Source of the DNA: Chiloscyllium plagiosum
Taxonomy: Eukaryota
Length of the DNA stretch: 57,495 bases
NCBI RefSeq assembly: GCF_004010195.1
Contig: NC_057719.1
Location: 90,812,897 to 90,870,391, forward strand
Reading direction: 5' to 3'
Below are positions 26,931 to 40,340 of this stretch, one piece after another. How positions within the stretch are numbered: position 1 is the first letter of the stretch; every line of letters begins with the position of its first letter. The notes beneath the pieces are model-generated. The model was given only the letters and a program-made list of their open reading frames with translations. It made no database searches and was not told where the DNA came from. A program made the translations under genes and the position numbers.

Positions 26931-29918
26931 CCTATTACATATAAAGTTGCATCATGGTTGATATAATTATTCACATCCCCAGCTGCAGACATTGCATTTC
27001 ACTCCTTTGTGTATCAAGAATCCATTGACCATTGCCTGAAAAGCACCTTTAAAAGATGAGAATTCTGACGTCTGTCCATTGTATGCCATTGCAAACAGCT
27101 GCTGGGAAGTGCTGTAACTGCCCAGTCTTGCTCAAAAGCAAGTTAGAACACCTGTTAAACTTGTGGAAGAATAAGCACCTTCCTGGGAATTGTCCTCATA
27201 GTTCACTGAGTCCATGTATGTATAAGGTGCCCAAGATGCACACACTGAAGTCCCTTTACACTCTATCAGACATCTGGTTCTACGCAACATGAATTGGCCA
27301 ATGGGTTCAGCAAATTATTACAACCAATTCTGAGAGAGGTTTTTACTTGCATAGCAATGGTAGTGCTCTGTTTATGTATTTGTTTAACATTGCTAGCCGA
27401 TTAAAAGTGTGCCACTAAGGAATTTGTATGCGTTTGGACCACATCAGTATGTCATTGACAATCTAGACATGACACCATTCTCTGTATTCATTAAACTTAT
27501 GAACTCAGCAATTTGCATGGTTGAGTTCAGTTCTAATGTACAGCCAGCTCTCAGTAAGATCCTGAACAGTTTGGACAAGGTGGATGTGGAAAGCATGTTT
27601 CGGGTAACATTAGTTTAAAGTTTGCGATTGCCCTTCCAGCGCAAACATGAGGAGAAATCTTTTCTCTAAGAGCTGTGAATGTTTAGAACTCTCTACCTCA
27701 GAAGGCAGTCCCAGAAGGGTCATTTTTAAGATGCAGGTAAATAGATTATTGTTAGGAAGGGGAATCAAAGGTTATCAAGACAGATGGGAATATGGAATTC
27801 GAAATACATTTCAACCAGCCATGCTCTTATTGAATGGTGAAATAGCTTTAAGAGGCTGCTTCTGTCTTCTATTTCATATTTTATCTGTTTATGTGATCAA
27901 TTAAATGAGTTTCTGTATCTGTTTATTGTCATAGTATATGCTTTGTGAGATTCTGCTGTTGACCTGGGTCAGTTTTATTCTGGTAAATGGAATGAGCCAT
28001 CAAGGAAAGGCTATAAATCTGATAATTAGTTGAGTAACTGAAGGAAAGAGGTTTTACGGGAGATTACACGGACACCTTGATTTAAAAAAAAGCTTATAAT
28101 TATAACTACCTTTGTCAAATGAAGTATGCCAGGATGAGGCTGTTCTGGGTTTCTCTGGCAGACAGCTCTGTGACTACAGGTACCAATGGCACATTATGAT
28201 GTATTTTCTATTGGATAAAATCAAGTCCGTTTGCTGATTAAATTAGTCCTTAGTGTAGCCATTAGTGTTAACCAGGTTTATGTGGGCATCAATTCATGTT
28301 TTCTTTAATCCATTTTTGGTAGTTGACAATTATGAAATCCACAATTGTGTTAATGATAATGAATTTATACTGGGACTAGAATTGCCTATTTCTTTCCCTA
28401 TTTCCAAAACAGAAGATCTAAAATGGAAGCTATGAATAATTTATTATGAAACAATGATTCATGAACTTTGAAATTTATTTTCCAAACATGTTTTCTAGTT
28501 TAGAGGAATAATGAATGAAAGAAGGGGATTGTGCAGTGAGTTTGTTTCAATACACTCTTCTTTCATATATTTTGAAGTTTAGATGGAAAAAGATGAAGAT
28601 TCAGAAGAGCAATGATCATTGAAATATTATTAGAAGTGTAGAAAGGGAGCCAGGCTGCGATGAAGAGAGGTCAGAGGTTTAGCTGATAAGTACTTTTAAA
28701 GAGAAGATTGTGTTCCCACCACATTTTTCACTCTTTAAATTACCTTTCTTTTTCTCTTCTTCTGTTTGACTTCTTTATCTGTCTATTGGACTTGCTGAGC
28801 TGTAAGTAAGAAGACTATTTCTGATCAGTTGTCCTTGTATGTGTCGTGCCTGTTAAAGTGAAATTGATTGCTGTGATTAGTCAACACCTTTGTTTCTTTT
28901 TACAGAGAAGAATAACTTCTAATGTCAGTTAAATGGTGCAGTGCTGCTATTATTAATGTTTACACTATCAATAACGTAATCTCCATTTGACAAATCTCAA
29001 AGTGCTCTTGCCATACTCTGCTGGCTTCCTGCATTACAAGCAATTTCCCAACTGCCTTGTTTTGTTTTCTGTTGGCAGCAGTGTTGTAGCAAGGTGCACA
29101 ACATTTGGAGACATCACAGGTGATCCCCAGGACAAATATTCAGAATATTTGGCTTTAATTTTACCATTTCGGTATCCATAGTAGTTCATATTATTATATA
29201 TTTAGCATAGAAGGAAGCCATTCAGTCCATGTGCCTATGTTGGTTTTGAAAGAACTGTCGAATTATTCCTGTTATCCTGTGCATTCCCTATAATAGCACT
29301 TTTACATGGAAGCATCCAAATTCCCTTTACAAGTTACCATCAATTCAGTTTTTATCATTTTTCAAAAAGTGCATTCAAGATTGCAACTTTCACAATCAGA
29401 ATGTGAGGGCGAAGGACAAGATAATTAATATCTAACTATGGTTCCTTGTTATTTAACAATCAACTTCATTCCATTTTCCTATGATGTTTTGTAAGATACC
29501 CTGTAACCACAAGAGCCATTGTTGTGTTGGCTATGTTTTTTTTTTGTTGTGGTGTAGCTTATAGTAAAGAAACCGTTAATGCACCAACTGCTGTGGAGTG
29601 TCTTTTGAACTAAAATTTTGAAATATTATTTTTGAAGCTCTGATTTGAGATCTAATGGCAATTTTTACATGTTTTATATTATTAAGAATTTGTTTTGTTT
29701 TCAATGCAGTTGGAATCTGACTTGAAGTGATATTTTCATGTCAAACATTAACACGTATATGCCAGGGCTGTGCTGTCTCTCAAGCATTATGCCTATATAC
29801 ACATGCCAAACGATGCCACTGATCTTGAATAGAGCTTTGGTTGTTCTCCTGGTGTATTTTGTGAGGTTTTTGTACTTGATAAAGACATGCAGTTGATTTA
29901 AGTGTCGTTTGGCTTTAG

Positions 29919-29970
29919 GAAGGAACAACAACCATTGGGAGAATTGATGCCGAAACAGAACAAGACATTG
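29919..29970 (+). CDS. STARD9: STARD9 exon: FHA domain start (EGTTTIGRIDAETEQDI)
   Basis: ctttag| and G|gtaagt; 52 nt, phase 0-1; FHA 'G.T.IGR' motif. Confidence 0.93.
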
Positions 29971-30306
29971 GTAAGTGCACAACAAATAATTAAAATTTAG
30001 TTTCTGAAAATGTGTGATGCAGTAGATATAGACAAAAACTAAAATGCACTTGCGGACAGGCCACAAATGTCAGATATTCAGTAATCAATGCTGTAGAGTG
30101 TTCAGGATAAAACTTCTTTATTTGTAGAATGATTAAAATATGGAATTTGATACCACAATGAGAATTTGGGATGAATTATACACATGCATTTAAGGAAGAG
30201 CTAGATGAAGACAAAAGGGAAAAAGGAATAAAGGGATTTACTGATGGAGTTAAATGGGAAGGTGTGGGAGGAGGATCATATGAAGCACAGACACTGGTAT
30301 AGACCA

Positions 30307-30434
30307 GGTAAAAACAATGACTGCAGATGCTGGAAACCAGATTCTGGATCAGTGGTGCTGGAAGAGCACAGCAATTCAGGCAGCATCCGAGGACAGGCAA
30401 AATCGACGTTTCGGGCAAAAGCCCTTCATCAGGA
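30307..30434 (-). mobile_element. Short Penelope-like tail insertion with an intact hammerhead core
   Basis: Minus strand CTGATGA-A-GGGC-TTTT-GCCC-GAAAC-GTC (30405-30432); 9-bp duplication TATAGACCA at 30298-30306 and 30435-30443. Confidence 0.8.
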
Positions 30435-30784
30435 TATAGACCAATTGTGCTGGCTTAATTCTGTGCCTTACATTTCATTTAATGCTATGTCAAATTAAAA
30501 ACAAAATAACATAAATATACATTTAGGCTCAAATTTACTGCTATATCTGGATTCCTTTCAAAACAGAAGATATTACTACTTCTTCCTCTACCAGTCTGGA
30601 CTCAGGGCAAGGGATTAAAAAGAAATTCACAGGCTTTAGTTTAGCCAATGGACACACAACCCCTGTAAACGACCAGTTGTACAGTTTTAATTGGATGAAA
30701 AATTAATTAAAATCTAATAACTCTCGCAATACAATGCAAAACATTTCACTGGAAGAAAATGTATAATGGTTGTCTTTATTTCAG

Positions 30785-30922
30785 TTCTGCAGGGTCCTTG
30801 GGTGGAGCCAGAGCACTGTGTCATTCACAATCACAATGGCATAGTGACAATTGAACCAATTGGAAGGTCACAGTGCTCTGTTAATGAACTGGACATCACC
30901 CATTCATGTCGTTTGTCCCAAG
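30785..30922 (+). CDS. STARD9: STARD9 exon: FHA core (VLQGPWVEPEHCVIHNHNGIVTIEPIGRSQCSVNELDITHSCRLSQG)
   Basis: tttcag| and AAG|gtaatt; 138 nt, phase 1-1; lies inside ORF 30766..31242. Confidence 0.93.
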
Positions 30923-32212
30923 GTAATTACTTTTTACTTGTATCATTAGTCCATCAGTGGTGGGGGGAGGGGGAAGGGATGGGGTTAGTGCCTCCTGTGC
31001 AGAATTGCTATTCTCCAACGTGTTCCTTTCCTAGCCTGCTGTCCCTGTCCCTGACCCTGACCCTGACCCTGACCCCAAAGGCTAAAGTGAAAAAAAGTCT
31101 GCTTATTGAGTGTTTTGAGAAACTTAAAGGGCCTGTCCTGATCAAATTTTTTTTTCTGCTTGAGATTTCTACAGTATTTTTTCCAATAGTGATACAGCAT
31201 CGATTCTGTTATTTAAAGCACAAGCAGCTAGAAGATAACTGAAGTCAGCCATTACAATATAAGTAGTGTCAGTGCTCTAAATAACAGGGCTTTGCTGTGA
31301 AACCTTCTCCTGAAATTTCAGGGAATTAAATGAAATTAACAAAGCCTTCTGGTCCTCATTCTTTTTCTCCAACCCATACTGATGAAGGGATTCAATGGGG
31401 TAAATATGGAGAGGCTATGGAGGCAAGTCCAGAGCAAGAGGTTCTATCTTGAAAGTTAGAGCTAGACAGTCAGGAATAACATCAGGATGAACTCTGACCT
31501 CTAAAGGTGCTGGAAGTTTCAAGATTTTGCTCAATAGATTTTGTTGGCTAAGGGTTATCCAGGTTATGATCTGAAAGCCTGAGCAAGCTCAAATGGCTGA
31601 TTCACCAAGCTCCAGTCAGTTTATTCTTTCTCACTTCCCTCTTAATCTCACTCATCCTCACCGAAATATCTAAGCCTTTCCTCTTTTGACATTCCAACAC
31701 TTGGGTAAGTCCCAGATCTACCTACCTGAACAAATTAACCCTCATTCTTGCCTTTATAATGAGGCCCAATAATCCACAAAAATGTGCCATCATTGTAGCC
31801 CTCCTGACAGTGTAGCACTCATGCTACTATATCCTGGAATTGAACATCTCCCTCCATTGTTACTTAACCATAAGCTTGTTAATCCTATGACTTGCTTCAA
31901 CACTGTAGGACCAATTCCTTTATATTCCAGGCCGCAATGATCTATTTGTATTGCATACAAATTGAAAATACTCAAAAGGCCAAGTAAACACAGCTTTGTT
32001 CGAGAACCCAGACAGCCCACAAACAATGCCACACAAGATTTTCTTGTCCCAAAGATTTAAAAATGACTCAAAATATCTTGTTCTGGGATATTTTGTAAAC
32101 ATATCTTTTTCTTTGCAGCGGGTTAATCATGCCACATTATTGCCCACAGATCTAGAATAACTTGGTCTATTGCTTATGATATTTATTTAGCATTATTTAA
32201 TTTATCTTACAG

Positions 32213-32295
32213 GTGCTGTTATAATCATAGGAAAAGTGCATAAGTTCAGGTTTAACCATCCAACTGAAGCTGCAATGTTGAGACAAAGGAGAACT
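32213..32295 (+). CDS. STARD9: STARD9 exon: FHA end (AVIIIGKVHKFRFNHPTEAAMLRQRRT)
   Basis: cttacag| and |gtaagt; 83 nt, phase 1-0; kinesin-3 'FRFNHP.EA' motif. Confidence 0.95.
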
Positions 32296-34409
32296 GTAAG
32301 TTTATAACTTAATTGTGTGTGCTTAATAATAAATGTTTTTGTAATTTGCAAAGTAGCAGCCTTAATAATTCCCTGATTTGTGGTAATTAACCAACTTGGA
32401 GTGAAGGCGATTTGCATTATCCATCACTGGCAATCCTGATAAATATTTTACCAAATTTCAGAATTGTTACAGCACAGGAGGAGGCAACTTGGTACCAGCT
32501 GTCCAACTCAGAAACCTACATAGAATATACAACATAGAAAAAGGTTAGGCATACACCTCTTGAATTCATAGGAAAATCCAAAGCACATTTTTTTTTGGAA
32601 TTTGCACTTGGTAAAGTTGGCTTTAATCAGACTCTCAGTGTACCTACATTTGGACTAACAATTAGTGCAGTGGATGCAATAATGAGTTAAAATGCTTTCT
32701 ATGAATCACAAGTAAGTTTTGTTAAGAAACTTAATTCCAGTTTCCCATATGATTGTAATGTGCTGGCAATTCAGCATTGCCAATTTGTAAGGCCAGAGAG
32801 AAGTAGAAATAAAAGCTATGTAGTGAAGGCTAATTTTTTAAGATTGCAAGATAAAGTCCTGTTTTTGGCTCAATGCTGTTTTGTTGATAAGTAGATAAAT
32901 GAATGGTTCTTGGGGTTGGGAAGAGGAAGAATGTGTTATGATATAGCAAGCCTTATCAATTCAGCTTCACTACCACTGAATTCATAACACAATGCAATTA
33001 AAACATTCAATGACCCTCAAAATTCCTCAGTTGATCTAATCAGACTTTACAAGTAACAGATCTTGGACACTAAATTTATGACTTAAAGAAAAGTTTATAC
33101 TTAATAACAAGAATGTAACTTTACTCAAACACAGATAAACTACAAAGCAAACTAATTGGTATCTACATTCTAAGCTCAATCTTCTTTGAATATAAACCCC
33201 AACTCTCATACTGACAGTGAGACAAAAAGACACAGTTAAGGGATAAAGTGAGAAAAATGAATGAAATGAAACAAAAATCGTAAGTTGCTAATTCGGTAAC
33301 CATTTCAATGATGAATATCAGGTTTTCGTGAAATCTTTGACAGTTTGTATTACATGCACGTTTGACTATATCTTTCTTCATTTCTGAAGTCACTGGCCAA
33401 CGTAAAAATCTTCCACAGACCTCTGGAGACTTTTACTTATTTCTTACAGACTGGGATTCTTTCCTCAGAACTCTCAACTGTTGATAAATGGAGAATATCA
33501 AAAAAACCAAAAATCAAAGCATTTTCCAGTTGAGCAAAAGTGCCTCCTTCCCAAAACCCATTAACACTAGTTCACTCTTTGTTTTCTATTTTTACAACAT
33601 TCTCTTTGGTTGGCTGGCCAGCATCAGTCCTCCCTTGACTGACTAATTCAACATGCCAACCAGGTGTCAGGCCCTGGGCATAACAACAACACCTCGATTC
33701 TGAATCATCTATAATATTCTTACAGCAGTAATTAATCTGTCTTATCTTTCCAGGCCAGTTCCCAACAGCAAAAATCAGTCTTTTGTTCTCTCCTCTTCAT
33801 TTGAAAGAAACTGCTGTTAAAAGATCAATTCTTAACTGCAATTCTCAGTTCCAAATCAAAAATAAAATAGAACGTACAACATTATAGCACAGTAACAAGC
33901 CCTTTGGCCCATCATGTCTGTGCCAATTGTAAGACCATTTTAAACTTATCCGATCTACCTACACATCGTCTGTATCCATCTATTCCCTGCCTGTTCAGGT
34001 GTCTAAATAAATAAAAGAAAAATAATGACAGTCTCAATGCAACAGGAGTTTAATTTTGGAATGTGCCAAGAGGATAAATTTTTTTGAACCAGGGAGGAAA
34101 CCAAACTGAAGGGTACTGATTAGATTTTGATTAGGTTGTAAGCACAAATTTATTACATGGAACATCAAGCTGGCTGTTAAGATTGAGATGCTGGTTTATG
34201 AGGGCTAAGTTCTTGGCACCTACATTTCAAGGACAGGAGTGGTTCCAAGAGGTAGCTCATCACCACCATCTCAAGTAATAAGATATGGGCAAAAGCTGCT
34301 GACCAAGCCAGCAATGCCCACATCCCGTCAGTGACCAAAAGAAAGCATTATTGTCTAGCCATAGAATGTGGACAACTTGGATCTTTCGAGAAACAAAACT
34401 CAAAATTTT

Positions 34410-34930
34410 CATTTTTACTGTTTGTGGCACATTCTGGGCAGCTTGAGGAAGGATAGAACCATGATTGCAGCATTCGCCTTCAGGGCAAATTCCCATGGAT
34501 GCTGGCACTCATCGGGCAGAGGTGACTTTACTGGCGGGGCACATTCACAGTTTGGAAGACTGTGACATTCCTGAGGAGTTTCTGTGTGGACTCCGTAAGA
34601 TACACAAAGCTCCACTTCAAGGATGCCAAGGGTGACATGAAACATTTTGATCAAGGATCCTGGAACCTGAGAGACACTAGGTGATGACAGAAAAATGGCA
34701 AACATTGCCTAGTTTCATCACAGGTATGATCAGTAGCTGCAGAAGTTTGGAAGTAGACACCAACACCAAAGAAAACAACCAACACCCAATCACCACTTCA
34801 TATGTGACACGTGTGGCAGAAACTACCTCTTACAATTGGGTCATTTTATCCATCAACTAAAGTGCACCACATTAAGCAACCCATTCTGATCTGATTGCTG
34901 CATATCCATAATCGTACGCAGATAGAAGAA
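34410..34930 (+). mobile_element. RTE-clade LINE 3' fragment
   Basis: Decayed 'LHFKD', 'WE.L..DR..W' and a C-terminal zinc-finger-like 'FICDTCGR...IG...HQ.KC'. Confidence 0.55.
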
Positions 34931-35334
34931 TGCCCACGGTAACAGCCCACGGTTTGGAGGACAACGAAGAGGTTTCAAGGGCTAACTTTGGAATGTCAGC
35001 AAATTTGTATAATTGAATTCCTGTAATTCCTAGGATTCCAGGTAGAGAGGTCCTTTGGTCAGTACTGCTCCTCGGATGCTGCCTGAACTGCCGTGCTCTT
35101 CCAGCACCACTAATCCAGAATCTGGTTTCCAGCATCTGCAGTCACTGTTTTTACCTATGTCACTAAAGGGTGCAGTTCTGTAATCTGGCAGTCTTGGGAT
35201 GAACCCTTTCCCGGACTACATGAGGCCACGTGACCAATACATTTCCTGGCCTTCTGGCCTGTGCCATCCCGTCACACTCCCGTCTGCCAGTTTTCTTTGG
35301 CTAGTTTGACATTGGCTGATGCCACTTGTGATGA

Positions 35335-35526
35335 TTTTTTTAAAAAGTGTGGTACTGGCAAAGCACAGCCAATCACGCAGCATCCGAGGAGCAGGAGAGT
35401 CAACACGTGTCATTCCTGATGAAGAGCTTTACTCGAAACGTCGACTCTCCTGCTCCTTGGATGCTGCCTGACCGGCTGTGCTTTTCCAGGACTACACTTT
35501 TTTTTACTCTGATCCTCACTTTCTCC
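35335..35526. mobile_element. Hairpin-shaped Penelope tail insertion
   Basis: Inverted arms 35342-35404 and 35440-35502; 15-bp duplication TGCCACTTGTGATGA at 35320-35334 and 35527-35541. Confidence 0.85.
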
Positions 35527-35605
35527 TGCCACTTGTGATGAGGTTAAGGTGTTGATGCTGAAGAAATATGGCTTTGTGGAGATGTTTCAGAACAGAGAAC
35601 AGGCA

Positions 35606-36667
35606 ACAGAAGACAGAGACTGATAGTGGAAGGGAGTTTTTCAAAATGGAGAACTGTGACCTGTAGTGTTCCACAGGGATCCGTGCTGGGACCACTGTTG
35701 TTTGTGATATACATAAATGATCTGGAGGAAGGTATAGGTGGCCTGATTAGCAAGTTTGCAGATGACACTAAGATTGGTGGAGTAGCAGATAGTGAATGGG
35801 ACTGTCAGAGAATATAGCAGGATATAGATAGATTGGAGAGTTGGGCAGAGAAATGGCAGATGGAGTTCAATCCAGGTAAATGTGAAGTGATGCGTTTTGG
35901 AAGATCCAGCTCAAGAGTAAACTATACAGTTAAATGGAAATGTCCTGGGGAAAATTGATGTCCAGAAAGATCTGGGTGTTCAGGTCCATTATTCCCTTAA
36001 GGTGGCAATGCAGGCCTGTAGACTGGTCAAGAAGGCATACGACATGCTTTTCTTCATCGAATGGGGTATTGAGTACAGAGTTGGCAGGTCATGTTACAGT
36101 TGTATAGGACTTTGGCTCAGCCACATTTGGAATATTGCGTACAGTTCTGGTCACCACGTTACCAAAAGGATGTGGATGCTTTGGAGAGGATACAGAGGAG
36201 GTTCACCAGGATGTTGCTTGGGATGGAGGGCGCTAGCTATGAGGAGAGGTTGAGTAGATTAGGATTATTTTTATTAAAAATACAGAGGTTGAGGGGGGAC
36301 CTAAACGAGCTCTACAAAATCATGAGAGGTACAGACAGGATGGATAGCAAGAAGCCTTTTCACAGAGTGGGGGACTCACTTACAAGGGGTCACGAGTTGA
36401 AGGTGAGAGGGGAAAAGTTTAGGAGAGATAAATGTGGAAAGTTCTTCACGCAGAGGGTGGGGGGTGCCTGGAATGCATTGCCAGTGGAGGTGGTAGGGGC
36501 GGGAACGATAGCGTAATTTAAGATGTATCTAGACAGATACATGAATGGGCAGGGGACAGAGGGATACATATCCTTAGAAAATAGGCGGCAGGTTTAGATA
36601 AAGGATATGGATCGGCACAGGCTTGGAGGACCGAAGGGCCTGTTACTGCGCTGTAATTTTCTTTGTT
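35606..36667 (+). mobile_element. CR1 LINE, 5'-truncated
   Basis: ORF 35626..35817 'VPQGSVLGPLLFVIYINDL...KFADDTKIGG'; ORF 36091..36516 'LEYCVQFWSP'. Confidence 0.9.
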
Positions 36668-37049
36668 CACAAAAAAACAGCCATATTTCATAACAAAAGG
36701 AGAACATTGATGACTCAAGCCTGTGGTAAATGGATTTTGGTCTAAGTGGAAAGTGCAATCCATTTCCTAATCAAATTGGAACTTACCCATGTGCTCACAT
36801 ATCATAGTGCATCAGTGCCAAGAAATTATTTAATTAATACTGTCTAAAGCCAGATTAATTAAACACCTGGTTGCTGAGCTTCCTACCTTGAAAGGGTGTT
36901 AATATTTTATTTGACTTGCCTGCTTGGAATTTTTGCCAATTTACCTTACTGCTCTGAATTTGTGTGCATGGAGCGGTGTTAAACTTGGAATGAATTGTAT
37001 TCTATTATCTTTATTTTATGGAAAATGTTTTTTTCTTTCCCTTGTATAG

Positions 37050-37156
37050 AGTAGCAGCATGTCTCTGGAAAGCAGTGGCTCCTGTGAATGGCTAGATTTG
37101 GATGGAGAATTCAACTTCTCCCCTCCTTATGTTTTGTCTCCTCTCATGCAAGCAAG
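37050..37156 (+). CDS. STARD9: STARD9 exon (SSSMSLESSGSCEWLDLDGEFNFSPPYVLSPLMQA)
   Basis: Polypyrimidine tract plus tatag| and AAG|gtaggg; 107 nt, phase 0-2; 'GS.EWLDLDG' matches the recalled STARD9 motif. Confidence 0.88.
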
Positions 37157-37660
37157 GTAGGAGATTCACTGGTGAGAGCTTCCAACTGGATGCTGGCATT
37201 TGTAAATCAACAATAGAAAATCACTGTTAAAAATAGTGTCAGTCTACAATCAGGGAATTGGAGTGAGAAAACTGGAGCCTTTAGACACAAAAGAACATTT
37301 CAATGAACAATCTCAATGCTAATCTCACTACCCTCAGCCCATCACCTCAACGCACATGAAAATGATAACCGCAAGAATGAGCTGGCACCTTCAGTTGTTT
37401 TAAAGCCTAATGAAACAAAAATTCAGAATTTCGTGTAATTTTTCAAATGTTCGTGCAATGCCAGAAATGGGCTTGCTTTTCAAGTTCAGCTTAACCTCAT
37501 TGTTAACCAAGTTAATTACTTTTTCCTTTGGATTGATTTTTTTTAACTTGCCTAAAAAACACAACTGACTCTATCTAAAGTGAATGTTTTATTCTGCAAA
37601 AGTATTTGTTTTTAAATGATATATATTTAACTACTAAAATAACACTAAATGTTAACGTTA

Positions 37661-40340
37661 AGGAAGGATAGAAAGGGAGGCAAGAGAGGAGGTGGGAGTG
37701 GCATTTTTGATAAGGGCTAGCACTACAGCCAGGAAATACATCCAGGGAAGCTATTTGGATGGAACTGAGAAATAAGAAAGGGATGATCACCTTATTGGGA
37801 TTGTATTATAGACCCCCTAATAGTCAGAGGGAAATTGAGAAATAAACTTGTAAGGAGATCTCAGCTATCTGTAAGAATAATAGGGTAGTTATGGGAGGGG
37901 ATTTTAACTTTCCAATCATCGATTGGGACTGCCATAGTGTTAAAGGTTTAGATGGAGAGGAATTTGTTAAGTGTGTACAAGACAATTTTCTGATTCAGTA
38001 TGTGGATGTACCTACCAGAGAAGGTGCAAAACTTGACCTACTCTTGGGAAATAAGGTAGGGCGGGTGACTGACGTGTCAGTAGGGGAGCAGTTTGGGGCC
38101 AGCGACCATAATTCTATTAGATTTAAAACCGTGATGGAAAAGGATAGACCAGATCTAAAAGTTGAAGTTCTAAATTGGAGAAAAGCCAATTTTGATGGTA
38201 TTAGGCAAGAACTTTCAAAAGCTGATTGAGGGCAGATGTTCACAGGTAAAAGGACGGCTGGAAAATGGGAAGCCTTCAGAAATGAGATAACGAGAATCCA
38301 GAGAAAGTATATTCCTGTCAGGGTGAAAGGGAAGGCTGGTAGGTTTAGGGAATGTTGGATGGCTAAAAAAAATTGAGGGTTTGGTTAAGAAAAAGAAGGA
38401 AGTATAGACAGGAGAGATCGAGTGAATTCTTCGAAGAGTATAAAGAAAATAGGAATATACTTAAGAGGGAGATCAGGAGGACAAAAAGGGGACATGAGAT
38501 AGCTTTGGCAAATAGAATTAAGGAGAATCTAAAGGGTTTTTACAAATACATTAAGGACAAAAGGGTATCTAGGGAGAGAATAGGGCCCCTCAAAGACCAG
38601 CAAGGTGACCTTTGTGTGGAGCTGCAGAAAATGGGGGAGATACTAAATGAGTATTTTGCAACATATTTACTGTGGAAAAGGATATGGAAGATATAGACTG
38701 TAGGGAAATAGATGGTGACATCTAGCAAAATGTCCATATTACAGAGGAGGAAGTGCTGGATGACTTGAAACGGTTAAAAGTGGATAAATCCCCAGGACCT
38801 GATCAGGTGTACCCGAGAACTCTGTGGGAAGCTAGAGAAGTGATTGCTGGGCCTTTTGCTGAGATATTTGTATCATCGATAGTCACAGGTGAGGTGCCTG
38901 AAGACTGGAGAATGGCTAACGTGGTGCCACTGTTTAAGAAGGGCAGTAAAGACAAGCCAGGGAACTATAGACCAGTGAGCGTGAGGTCGGTGGTGGGCAA
39001 GTTGTTGGAGGGAATCCTGAGGGACAGGATGAACATGTATTTGGAAAGGCAAGGACTGATTAGGGATTGTCAACCTGGCTTTGTGCGTGGGAAATCATGT
39101 CTCTCAAACTTGATTGAGTTTTTTGAAGAAGTAAAAAAGAGGATTGATGAGGGCAGAGTGGTAGATGTGATCTATATGGACTTCAGTAAGGCATTCGACA
39201 AGGTTCCCCATGCGAGACTGATTAGCAAGGTTAGATCTCATGGAATACGGGGAGAACTAGCCAATTGGATACAGAACTGGCTCAAAGGTAGAAGACAGAG
39301 GGTGATGGTGGAGGGTTGTTTTTCAGATTGGAGGCCTGTGACCAGTGGAGTGCCACAAGGATTGGTGCTGGGTCCTCTACTTTTTGTCATTTACATAAAT
39401 GATTTGGATGTGAGCATAAGAGGTCCAGTTAGTAAGTTTGCAGATGACATCAAAATTGGAGGTTTAGTGGACAGCGAAGAGGGTTACCTCAGATTGGCCA
39501 GTTGGGCCAATGGGCTGAGAAGTGGCAGATGGAGTTTAATTCAGATAAATGTGAGCTGCTGCATTTTGGGAAAGCAAATCTTAGCAGGACTTATACACTT
39601 AATGGTAAGGTCCTAGGGGTGTTGCTGAACAAAGAGACCTTGGAGTGCAGGTTCATAGCTCCTTGAAAGTGGAGTCTCGGGTAGATAGGATAGTGAAGAA
39701 GGCGTTTGGTATGCTTTCTTTTATTGGTCAGAGTATTGAGTACAGGAGTTGGGAGGTCATGTTGCGGCTGTACAGGAAATTGGTTAGGCCACTGTTGGAA
39801 TATTGCATGCAATTCTGGTCTCCTTACTATCTGAAAGATGTTGTGAAACATGAAAGGGTTCAGAAAAGATTTACAAGGATGTTGCCAGGGTTGGAGGATT
39901 TGAGCTATAAGGAGAGGCTGAACAGGCTGGGGCTGTTTTCCCTGGAGCGTCAGAGGCTGAGGGGTGACCTTATAGAAGTTTAAACATTATGAGGGGCATG
40001 GATAGGGTAAATAGGTAAAGTCTTTTCCCTGGGGTGGCAGAGTCCAGAACTGGAGGGCATAGGTTTAAGGTGAGAAGGGAAAGATCTAAAAGAGACCTCA
40101 GGGGCAACTTTTTCACGCAGAGGGTGGTACGGGTATGGAATGAGCTGCCAGAGGAAGTGGTGGAGGCTGGTACAATCCCAACATTTAAAAGGCATTTGGA
40201 TGGGTATATGAATAGGAAGGGTTTGGAGGGATATGGGCCGGATGCTGGCAGGTGGAACTAGATTGGATTGGGATATCTGGTTGGCATGGATGGGTTGAAC
40301 CGAAGGGTCTGTTTCCATGCTGTACACCTCTATGACTCTA
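37661..40340 (+). mobile_element. Relatively young CR1 LINE (APE C-terminal part, RT, 3' tail), frameshifted
   Basis: ORFs 37891 ('GDFN', 'LDLLL', 'SDHN'), 38753 (287 aa RT with KFADD), 39645 and 40034; tail ctctatgactcta. Confidence 0.95.

Noticed and set aside
28190..28240. Intronic C/D box snoRNA (ATGATG...CTGA)
   Set aside because: The boxes are too close together and there is no terminal stem.
30766..31242. 158-aa stand-alone protein
   Set aside because: Only 30785-30922 is exon; the rest is intron read-through including a hexamer repeat.
542..32295. Assignment to KIF16B, KIF1 or KIF13 instead of STARD9
   Set aside because: Downstream exons (EWLDLDG, NQQCL, AERN...QLERI) fit recalled STARD9 rather than other kinesin-3 genes; BLASTP would confirm.
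37891..40261. Active or domesticated reverse transcriptase gene
   Set aside because: 5'-truncated, with stops and frameshifts splitting ORF2 into several pieces; an ordinary dead CR1.
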